Virus record (IMG/VR): IMGVR_UViG_2700989487_000010
Source: a virus
Taxonomy: Duplodnaviria > Heunggongvirae > Uroviricota > Caudoviricetes
DNA: 31,321 nucleotides
Reading direction: 5' to 3' (one strand)
The notes under the pieces were generated by a model. It made no database searches, was not told the origin of the DNA, and was given only the letters and a program-made list of their open reading frames with translations. This document shows positions 9,507 through 17,007 of the stretch, one piece after another. Numbering within the stretch: position 1 is the first letter of the stretch; each line of letters begins with the position of its first letter. Made by a program: the position numbers and the translations under genes.

Positions 9507-10084
9507 GCGCAGAACTCATGCGACTGCTGAGCAATATCATCCGTACCGGGATCATCTCTGAAGTTGATGAGAAGTCCTGGCGCGTGCGCGTTCGCAGCGG
9601 CGGACTGGAAACAGGCTGGCTGCGCTGGAACACCACGCGCGCGGGAGCCTTCAATGTGTGGCTGCCGCCATCACCCGGCGAACAGGTGGTAATTGCCTGC
9701 ATTGGCGGCAACCCGGAAACCGCCATGATAATTGGCAGCCTGTGGAGTGATGCCAGTCCGGCCCCCGGCAAAAGCCTGAAAGAAATCGTGATCAGCGCGC
9801 CGGACGGCGCGGTGTTCCGCTACGACGCGGACGCAGGCGCGCTGAGCGCCAGCGGCATGAAAACAGCCACCCTGCAGGCATCCGTCAGCGTGACACTGGA
9901 CGCGCCCGTCGTGGAATGCACAGACCTTCTGAGAACAGCGACGCTTGACGTCACAAAAGGGGGAAAGATGAGCGGCAATATCACGCACAGCGGCGGCGAT
10001 TTCACCTCAAACGGCATCACAGTGCATACGCATAAACACGGTGGCGTGAAAGGCGGCAGCGATTCGACAGGAGGCCCGCAGTGA
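9503..10084 (+). CDS. V: Baseplate spike/assembly protein, P2 gpV family
   Basis: 193-aa ORF; synteny R-S-V-W-J-I; Gly-rich C-terminus typical of gpV spike proteins. Confidence 0.85.
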   Translation: MSAELMRLLSNIIRTGIISEVDEKSWRVRVRSGGLETGWLRWNTTRAGAFNVWLPPSPGEQVVIACIGGNPETAMIIGSLWSDASPAPGKSLKEIVISAPDGAVFRYDADAGALSASGMKTATLQASVSVTLDAPVVECTDLLRTATLDVTKGGKMSGNITHSGGDFTSNGITVHTHKHGGVKGGSDSTGGPQ

Positions 10085-10431
10085 CAACCCGCTACACAGG
10101 AATGAATCCGGACGGGACGGGAAACCTGAACGATATGGAGCACCTGAAACAGTCAGTCAGGGACATCCTGACCACCCCGCTGGCAAGCCGGGTTATGCGA
10201 CGGGAATATGGCAGCCTTGTGCCTGATTTGATTGACGAACCCATGAATAACACCACGCGTCTGCAATGCATGAGTGCTGCCGTGATTGCGCTGACACGAT
10301 GGGAACCCCGCATTGCCCTGGATGCCATCGACGTTGTCTGGAAGGCAGGAGGCCGCGCCGGGGTGACGCTGTCGGGCACTGTCATGCAGACCATGCAGAA
10401 TGTTGAATTAACCATCACGCTAAGGGAGTAA
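10081..10431 (+). CDS. W: Baseplate wedge protein, P2 gpW family (GTG start)
   Basis: 116-aa ORF overlapping the V stop; size and position match P2 gpW. Confidence 0.85.
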   Translation: MTTRYTGMNPDGTGNLNDMEHLKQSVRDILTTPLASRVMRREYGSLVPDLIDEPMNNTTRLQCMSAAVIALTRWEPRIALDAIDVVWKAGGRAGVTLSGTVMQTMQNVELTITLRE

Positions 10432-10434
10432 ATC

Positions 10435-11331
10435 ATGCCCGCCGTTGACCTTTCACAGTTACCGGACCCCGCCATCATCGCGGAGCCTGACTTTGAGGCA
10501 ATTCTGGCTGACACAAAGGCCATGATGATTGCGGCTTATCCCGCCGAACAGCGTGAAGCCGTCTCCGCCGCGCTGGAGCTGGAATCGGAACCCCTGAACG
10601 TTATCGCCCAGACAACAGCGTTTCGTGAAATGCTGTTACGCCAGCGGGTCAATGAGGGTGCACGCGCCTGCATGTTAAGCCACAGCGCCGGGACAGACCT
10701 GGACAACCTCGCGGGCAATATGAACACAAAGCGCCTGGTTATCACTCCGGCAACGGATACCACCGACGCGGTGATGGAAAGCGACGCCTCGCTGAGACTG
10801 CGGGCGCAACGGGCGTACGACGGCCTGAGTGTTGCTGGCCCGTCAGGTGCATACTAGTATTTTGCCCGCAGCGCCAGCGGTCTGGTGCGTGATGCGCGGG
10901 CTATCAGTCCGTCTCCGGCAAATGTGACGGTTTCCATCCTGTCCACTGAAGGCGACGGCACGGCAACGGAGGCGTTGCTTAATACCGTTCGCGCCGTTCT
11001 GAATGCAGAGGATACCCGCCCGGTGGCCGACCGCCTGACCGTACAGAGTGCCAGAATCGTGACATGGCGGCTGAATGCAAAACTGTACTTTTACCCCGGC
11101 CCGGAATCCGAACCTATTCTGGCCGCGGCGGAATCGTCGTTCAGGAAGTGGCTGGCTGAGCAGGGGCTTATCGGTCAGGACGTGGCGTTATCCGCCATTG
11201 CTGCCGCACTGCATGTGCACGGTGTGCAACGCGTGGAGATAATCGAACCCACACAGAATATGGCCATCAGCGACATACAGGCGGCGCGCTGTGAGTCGTT
11301 CACCATCAGCGAAGGTGGGCGCAATGAGTAA
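10435..11331 (+). pseudogene. J: Baseplate protein J (P2 gpJ family) interrupted by a single in-frame TAG at 10855-10857
   Basis: ORFs 10435..10857 and 10885..11331 are in the same frame (offset 450 nt); the nine intervening codons are open; combined length of about 298 codons is that expected for gpJ. The TAG lies inside ACTAGT. Confidence 0.7.
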
Positions 11332-11854
11332 TTCGCTGTTACCACCATCAGCCAGCAATTTCATGCGTTGCGCCGAAGCTGTCGGAGCGCGCACTACAAA
11401 CATCCCGGTAGACCTCAACACGCTGTGGTCACCGGATACCTGCCCGGTGCATCTGCTGCCTTATCTCGCCTGGGCATTTTCCGTTGACCGCTGGGATCGC
11501 AACTGGCCGGAAGAGACAAAGCGACAGGTTATTCGTGATGCATGGCTGATACACCGACACAAAGGGACCATCAGCGCACTGCGCCGGGCCATTGAGCCGC
11601 TGGGATACCTCATTCGCGTGTCTGAGTGGTGGGAGTTCGGCGGAGAACCGGGAACATTTACCGTTGAAGTCGGCACGCTGGACAGTGGCGTGACGGAGGA
11701 AATGTATCTGGAAATGGAGCGGTTGATTGCTGATGCCCGCCCGGTCAGCCGCCACATGACAGGGCTGAATATCATTCAGGAAATTCCGGGGGATATTTTC
11801 GCAGCGGCGGCAACTTATGACGGTGAAGTTATTACCATTTACCCAGGCGATTAA
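11324..11854 (+). CDS. I: Baseplate protein, P2 gpI family
   Basis: ATG at 11324 overlaps the J stop; about 176 aa; precedes the tail fibre gene as in P2. Confidence 0.8.
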   Translation: MSNSLLPPSASNFMRCAEAVGARTTNIPVDLNTLWSPDTCPVHLLPYLAWAFSVDRWDRNWPEETKRQVIRDAWLIHRHKGTISALRRAIEPLGYLIRVSEWWEFGGEPGTFTVEVGTLDSGVTEEMYLEMERLIADARPVSRHMTGLNIIQEIPGDIFAAAATYDGEVITIYPGD

Positions 11855-11856
11855 GC

Positions 11857-14007
11857 ATGAGTACCACAACACGAAAATTTAAAACCGTTATCACCGATAC
11901 GGGTGCAAAAAAATTAGCTCAGGCAGCCGCGCCAGATGGTAAGCCTGTCCGCCTGACTCATATGGCCGTGGGCGACGGTGGCGGCGCGTTGCCCACACCA
12001 GACAGTAAGCAGACCCGTCTGGTGCATGAGGTGTGGCGACACACTGTTAATCGCGTCATCCTGGACGCAACACATCAGAACCGCATTATTGCGGAGCTGG
12101 TTATTCCTCCTGAAACGGGCGGATTCTGGATCCGGGAAATTGGTGTATTTGATGAGCACGGCGATTTAATCGCGGTGGGCAATACTGCCGAAAGTTACAA
12201 ACCAACCGTTGCCGAAGGGTCCGGACGTGCACAAACATTTCGCACTATTCTGACCGTATCCAGCACTGCCACCGTGGCGCTTACCGTGGATAACACCATG
12301 GTGATGGCCACAGTGGATTACGTGGATGACAAACTGAAAGAGCATGAACAGTCACGACGTCACCCGGACGCCTCGCTGACCGCAAAAGGCTTTGTTCAAC
12401 TCAGTAGCGCCACTAACAGCGTGTCTGAAACGCAGGCTGCAACGCCGAAAGCGGTTAAGGCCGCGTATGATCTTGCTAACGGTAAATATACTGCGCAGGA
12501 TGCCAGCACGACGCGAAAAGGCCTTGTCCAGCTCAGTAGCGCCACCAACAGCACGTCTGAAACGCAGGCTGCAACGCCGAAAGCAGTAAAGGCCGCGTAT
12601 GATCTTGCTAACGCAAAATATACCGCTCAGGACGCCACGACAGCACAAAAAGGGATTGTCCAGCTCAGTAGTGCCACCAACAGCACGTCTGAAACATTGG
12701 CCGCGACATCGAAAGCGGTTAAGGCGGTAATGGATGAAACAAATAAGAAAGCCCCATTAAACAGCCCGGCGCTGACCGGAACGCCAACAACACCAACTGC
12801 GCGACAGGGAACGAATAATACCCAAATCGCAAGCACGGCTTTCGTTATGGCTGCGATTGCCGCCCTTGTAGATTCGTCACCTGATGCACTGAACACGCTG
12901 AACGAGCTGGCTGCGGCGTTGGGCAACGACCCGAATTTTGCGACCACCATGACTAACGCGCTTGCGGGTAAGCAACCGAAAGATGCCACCCTGACGGCGC
13001 TGGCCGGGCTTGCTACTGCGGCAGACAGGTTTCCGTATTTTACGGGGAATGATGTCGCCAGCCTGGCAACTCTGACAAAAGTCGGGCGGGATATTCTTGC
13101 GAAATCGACCGTTGCCGCCGTTATCGAATACCTCGGTTTACAGGAAACGGTAAACAGGGCTGGTAACGCCGTGCAAAAAAATGGCGATACCTTGTCCGGT
13201 GGGCTTACTTTTGAAAATGACTCAATCCTTGCCTGGATTCGAAATACTGACTGGGCGAAGATTGGATTTAAAAATGATGCTGATGGTGACACTGATTCAT
13301 ACATGTGGTTTGAAACAGGCGACAACGGCAATGAATATTTCAAATGGAGAAGCCGCCAGAGCACCACAACAAAAGACCTGATGACGCTGAAATGGGATGC
13401 ACTAAATATTCTGGTAAATGCCGTCATTAATGGCAGTCTTGGAGTTGGTACGACGAATGCGTTAGGTGGTAGCTCTATTGTTCTTGGTGATAATGACACC
13501 GGATTCAAACAGAATGGTGATGGTATTCTGGATGTTTACGCTAATAGTCAGCGAGTATTCCGCTTTCAGAATGGAGTTGCTATTGCTTTTAAAAACATTC
13601 AGGCAGGTGATAGTAAAAAGTTCTCGCTATCCAGCTCCAACACCTCCACAAAGAATGCAACGTTTAATTTATGGGGTGCTTCAACCCGTCCAGTAGTTGC
13701 AGAGTTAGGCGATGAGGCAGGATGGCATTTCTATAGCCAGCGAAATACAGATAACTCGGTAATATTTTCTGTTAACGGTCAGATACAGCCCAGCAACTGG
13801 GGGAATTTTGATTCACGCTATGTAAAAGATGTTCGCCTGGGTACGCGTGTTGTTCAATTGATGGCGCGTGGTGGTCGTTATGAAAAAGCCGGACACGCAA
13901 TTACCGGATTAAGAATCATTGGTGAAGTAGATGGCGATGATGAAGCCATCTTCAGACCAATACAAAAATACATCAATGGCACATGGTATAACGTCGCACA
14001 GGTGTAA
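11857..14007 (+). CDS. H: Tail fibre protein, P2 gpH family (Hc constant part plus currently expressed Hv variable part)
   Basis: 716-aa ORF; N-terminal region P2 H-like; three tandem tail-fibre repeat units; C-terminus ...INGTWYNVAQV; a gix-like site lies inside the gene at 13121-13146. Confidence 0.9.
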   Translation: MSTTTRKFKTVITDTGAKKLAQAAAPDGKPVRLTHMAVGDGGGALPTPDSKQTRLVHEVWRHTVNRVILDATHQNRIIAELVIPPETGGFWIREIGVFDEHGDLIAVGNTAESYKPTVAEGSGRAQTFRTILTVSSTATVALTVDNTMVMATVDYVDDKLKEHEQSRRHPDASLTAKGFVQLSSATNSVSETQAATPKAVKAAYDLANGKYTAQDASTTRKGLVQLSSATNSTSETQAATPKAVKAAYDLANAKYTAQDATTAQKGIVQLSSATNSTSETLAATSKAVKAVMDETNKKAPLNSPALTGTPTTPTARQGTNNTQIASTAFVMAAIAALVDSSPDALNTLNELAAALGNDPNFATTMTNALAGKQPKDATLTALAGLATAADRFPYFTGNDVASLATLTKVGRDILAKSTVAAVIEYLGLQETVNRAGNAVQKNGDTLSGGLTFENDSILAWIRNTDWAKIGFKNDADGDTDSYMWFETGDNGNEYFKWRSRQSTTTKDLMTLKWDALNILVNAVINGSLGVGTTNALGGSSIVLGDNDTGFKQNGDGILDVYANSQRVFRFQNGVAIAFKNIQAGDSKKFSLSSSNTSTKNATFNLWGASTRPVVAELGDEAGWHFYSQRNTDNSVIFSVNGQIQPSNWGNFDSRYVKDVRLGTRVVQLMARGGRYEKAGHAITGLRIIGEVDGDDEAIFRPIQKYINGTWYNVAQV
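12385..12740 (+). repeat. Three tandem ~132-bp direct repeats inside H encoding a repeated ~44-aa tail-fibre motif (LSSATNS.SETQAATPKAVKAAYDLAN)
   Basis: Repeat units begin at 12385, 12517 and 12649 (period 132 nt, frame-preserving); the third copy diverges in its second half. Confidence 0.85.
13121..13146. repeat. gix/hix-like invertase crossover site (left), embedded in H
   Basis: ttatcgaatacctcggtttacaggaa is an inverted partner of the site at 15799-15824, sharing the core acctcggtttac, and resembles the Gin gix consensus recalled as TTCCTGTAAACCGAGGTTTTGGATAA. Confidence 0.7.
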
Positions 14008-14010
14008 ATT

Positions 14011-14538
14011 ATGCAGCATTTAAAAAATATTAAGTCCGGAAATCCAAAAACAAAAGAACAATATCAGCTAACAAAGAATTTTGATGTTATCTGGTTATGG
14101 TCCGAAGACGGTAAAAACTGGTATGAGGAAGTAAATAACTTTCAGGACGACACCATAAAGATTGTATACGACGAAAATAATATTATTGTTGCCATAACCA
14201 AAGATGCCTCAACGCTTAATCCCGAAGGCTTTAGTGTCGTTGAGATTCCAGATATAACAGCCAATCGTCGTGCCGATGATTCAGGGAAGTGGATGTTTAA
14301 GGACGGAACTGTGGTTAAGCGGATTTATACAGCAGACGAACAGCAACAACAGGCCGAATCACAAAAGGTCGCGTTGCTTTCTGAAGCTGAAAGCGTTATT
14401 CAGCCACTGGAACGCGCTGTCAGGCTGAATATGGCAACAGATGAGGAACGTACACGACTGGAAGCCTGGGAACGCTACAGCGTTCTGGTCAGCCGCGTGG
14501 ATACGGCAAAGCCAGAATGGCCACAAAAACCAGAGTAA
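14011..14538 (+). CDS. G: Tail fibre assembly chaperone, P2 gpG family
   Basis: 175-aa ORF beginning [30 protein letters not shown]..., matching the recalled P2 gpG N-terminus. Confidence 0.85.
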   Translation: MQHLKNIKSGNPKTKEQYQLTKNFDVIWLWSEDGKNWYEEVNNFQDDTIKIVYDENNIIVAITKDASTLNPEGFSVVEIPDITANRRADDSGKWMFKDGTVVKRIYTADEQQQQAESQKVALLSEAESVIQPLERAVRLNMATDEERTRLEAWERYSVLVSRVDTAKPEWPQKPE

Positions 14539-14543
14539 AAATT

Positions 14544-14563
14544 AAGGCCCGATATCGGGCCTT
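14544..14563. terminator. Palindromic hairpin (aaggcccgatatcgggcctt) between convergent G and G'
   Basis: Perfect inverted repeat at the centre of the invertible segment; would serve either orientation. Confidence 0.5.
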
Positions 14564-14566
14564 CTC

Positions 14567-15100
14567 TCATTCTGGTTGTTCGGGAAACGTTACTGGCAGG
14601 CTGGAGGTGTCTGTAGATTCGACTTTCTGCGCATAGAGCATCCACTCGGTTAATTTTTGTTTATTCTCGTCGGAAATGATGCCCAGCCGTAGCTGTGAGT
14701 CCCATAGCTGGGTTTTATCCCTGACAAGTTGCAACAGGCTTTGCTTTTCATTTTCCGCTTGTTGCCTCTGCTCTTCCTCGGTATAAGTTCGCTTTATCAC
14801 TACGCCATCTTTGAACAACCATTTCCCCGAAATATCAGCCCGGCGATTTGCTGTAATATCAGGTAATTCAACGACGCTTGCGCCTTCCGGATTAATTGCT
14901 GAAACATCCTTTTCAATACAAATAATAACGCCGTTATGGTCATAGACCATTTTCAACGTATCTGGCTGGAAATTCTTTTGTTCCTCATACCAGTTTTTTC
15001 CATCATCTGAATAAAGCCATTTGATGTTAAATTGCTTTGTTAGCTGGTATTGCTCTTTTGTTTTAGGGTTGCCAGCAGTAATGTTTTTTAAGTGCATCAT
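14567..15100 (-). CDS. Alternate tail fibre assembly chaperone (G')
   Basis: 177-aa minus-strand ORF beginning [30 protein letters not shown]..., a clear paralogue of G. Confidence 0.8.
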   Translation of the reverse strand: MMHLKNITAGNPKTKEQYQLTKQFNIKWLYSDDGKNWYEEQKNFQPDTLKMVYDHNGVIICIEKDVSAINPEGASVVELPDITANRRADISGKWLFKDGVVIKRTYTEEEQRQQAENEKQSLLQLVRDKTQLWDSQLRLGIISDENKQKLTEWMLYAQKVESTDTSSLPVTFPEQPE

Positions 15101-15102
15101 CG

Positions 15103-15811
15103 TTAAATACTCCCCGCGTTATACCACGTCCCATTAATGCAATACTGAATTGGCCTTGCCTGTGTTGTATCAATTAATTCATCACGGTTTCCGTTAACTG
15201 AACCCGTAACGACATAACCTGACCTGTCAGACCAGCCGGGACCATTCCATGTCTGAACAGATGACAGACCGCCAAGGCGAATACCTGTAATAAACATTGA
15301 GTTACATTCTGCCCGCGTATATGCACCAACATCTCCCGCTGAAGGTTTTCGTGTCGTGGTATAGAAATCTGACCAACCTAATTCAAACCCATAACCATCA
15401 CGAGCCGACCTGTAGGAAATGCCACCATTTTTATAATTCACACGGAATTGTACGGCAGGACAGCTACCAGCATTTATATTAAAGTGAAGAATTAATGCAG
15501 ATGCACCACCAATCAGGGCGTTATATGCACCACTATCCCAATTCCATCCAACGGATGTATCACCATTAACAGTATTACCTGTTTGTCGGAGTGCAAATGC
15601 ATTGACATTTTTGGCACTAATTGAAATATCGCTAGAACCATCAAAACCAACTCCAGCAATTTTTCGTGCTGTTTTCAGCTTTGTTGCAGTAGCGGCATTG
15701 CCGGACAGTTCCCCAGAAAGGCCACCGCTGAATGTTTGTCGATTGGTCCAGGTATTCGCTGTACTGAGTAACGGTATTTTCTCCCCGCTTGTGCCGAGTT
15801 CTCGTAAACCG
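15103..15811 (-). CDS. Alternate tail fibre variable C-terminal segment (H'v); promoterless and start-less, expressed only after inversion as an Hc-H'v fusion
   Basis: The minus-strand frame is open from the right gix site down to the stop at 15103; when joined at the gix centre it continues the Hc frame without a stop; C-terminus ...INGTWYNAGSI parallels the H C-terminus. Confidence 0.75.
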
Positions 15812-15824
15812 AGGTTTTAAATAA
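15799..15824. repeat. gix/hix-like invertase crossover site (right), overlapping the invertase promoter region
   Basis: ttctcgtaaaccgaggttttaaataa, inverted relative to the site at 13121-13146, about 55 nt upstream of the invertase start. Confidence 0.7.
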
Positions 15825-15878
15825 TGGCCGTTTCTGGCCTGCATGGCATGATTTGCGCTTTTGGACGGGAGATTCCGT

Positions 15879-16478
15879 GTGCTGATTGGCTATGTAAGGG
15901 TATCAACAAATGACCAGAATACAGACCTGCAACGAAACGCTCTTGTTTGTGCAGGATGTGAACAAATATTTGAAGATAAATTAAGCGGGACAAAGACAGA
16001 CCGACCGGGATTAAAACGCGCTTTAAAGCGCCTTCAAAAAGGTGACACGCTGGTTGTCTGGAAACTGGATCGCCTCGGGCGAAGCATGAAACATCTGATT
16101 TCTCTCGTCGGGGAACTACGGGAGCGAGGGATTAATTTTCGCAGTCTGACCGACAGCATAGACACATCTTCTCCAATGGGGCGTTTTTTCTTCCACGTGA
16201 TGGGTGCCCTGGCTGAAATGGAACGTGAATTAATTGTTGAACGTACACTGGCCGGGCTGGCGGCAGCGCGCGCAAGGGGGCGCACAGGCGGACGTCGACC
16301 GAAGCTGACAAAAGAACAGCATGAGCAAATAGCAAGGCTAATCAAAAACGGGCACGACAGAAAACAACTGGCAATAATTTACGGCATTGGCACATCGACG
16401 ATTTATCGTTATCACCCTGTAGGCGATATACAGACTGAAGAAACAACCGGGCAGACTCAGGAAAATGAAAACCGCTAA
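15879..16478 (+). CDS. Serine DNA invertase, Gin/Pin/Cin/Hin family
   Basis: Translation from GTG 15879 begins (M)LIGYVRVSTNDQNTDLQRNAL..., essentially the Gin N-terminus with the catalytic Ser, plus a C-terminal helix-turn-helix; GGGAGA RBS 7 nt upstream. The ORF is also open from TTG 15861. Confidence 0.88.
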   Translation: MLIGYVRVSTNDQNTDLQRNALVCAGCEQIFEDKLSGTKTDRPGLKRALKRLQKGDTLVVWKLDRLGRSMKHLISLVGELRERGINFRSLTDSIDTSSPMGRFFFHVMGALAEMERELIVERTLAGLAAARARGRTGGRRPKLTKEQHEQIARLIKNGHDRKQLAIIYGIGTSTIYRYHPVGDIQTEETTGQTQENENR

Positions 16479-16497
16479 TCTGACCATTAGCGGTTTT
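16468..16497. terminator. Bidirectional rho-independent terminator between convergent invertase and U genes
   Basis: Perfect 12-bp stem aaaaccgctaat / attagcggtttt with a 6-nt loop; A-tract on one side and T-tract on the other; overlaps the invertase stop codon. Confidence 0.6.
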
Positions 16498-16506
16498 TGT
16501 GTTAAA

Positions 16507-17001
16507 TCAGAACAGCCCTTTAACTGAACTGGCCGCGCTGTTAAGAGATGATGTCACCTTATCTTTGAAGCCGGACAGCATATCACTGAACGATGAGGAT
16601 TGCAGGCGCTCCCGCAAATCCTCATCACAGCGTTCAAGGGTCAGTGAAAATTCTATCTTTTTCGCCTTACCGTAGCGATCAAACTCGGAACGGGTCGTAT
16701 TCGTTCCGGTCAGGACATACATGCCGTAAATCTGCCCGACGCCATCAATCAGAGGCCAGGGTCGTCCTGTATACGCCTGCGTGGTCAGCAGCGACAGCGA
16801 TACTTCGCCACCTGTAATTTCAGGATAAAGCACACCAGAAAGAACGATGCGATCATCACCTGCACCGATATACTGCCAGCTTGCTGAACGGTTAACGCGT
16901 TCATTTTTCACATGCCGCCAGCTTTTGTTTTGCTGTAACTGCTGATGCGGCAGCGTGCGCAGCTCAAAAACAAACATGCCGTAGATCATCATCATGGCCA
17001 T
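16507..17001 (-). CDS. U: Tail protein, P2 gpU family
   Basis: 164-aa ORF; translation (MAMMMIYGMFVFEL...LSGVLYPEITGG...) resembles P2 gpU; follows the tape measure gene in transcription order. Confidence 0.8.
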   Translation of the reverse strand: MAMMMIYGMFVFELRTLPHQQLQQNKSWRHVKNERVNRSASWQYIGAGDDRIVLSGVLYPEITGGEVSLSLLTTQAYTGRPWPLIDGVGQIYGMYVLTGTNTTRSEFDRYGKAKKIEFSLTLERCDEDLRERLQSSSFSDMLSGFKDKVTSSLNSAASSVKGLF

Positions 17002-17007
17002 GACTCC

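Larger units (their letters stand above)
13135..15811. other. Invertible DNA segment (Mu G-segment / P1 C-segment type) carrying Hv-G on one strand and G'-H'v on the other
   Basis: Bounded by inverted gix-like sites; contains two convergent tail-fibre C-terminus plus chaperone pairs; a serine invertase gene lies immediately outside the right site. Confidence 0.7.

Noticed and set aside
12385-12740. Possible CRISPR array suggested by regularly spaced repeats
   Set aside because: The repeats are 132-bp in-frame coding units of a tail fibre with no short unique spacers and no cas genes nearby.
12352-13508. Minus-strand ORFs of 98 and 293 aa and a 65-aa plus-strand ORF inside H
   Set aside because: They overlap the H tandem repeats and coding region; their translations are low-complexity (Ala/Ser/Val-rich) mirror images of the fibre repeats.
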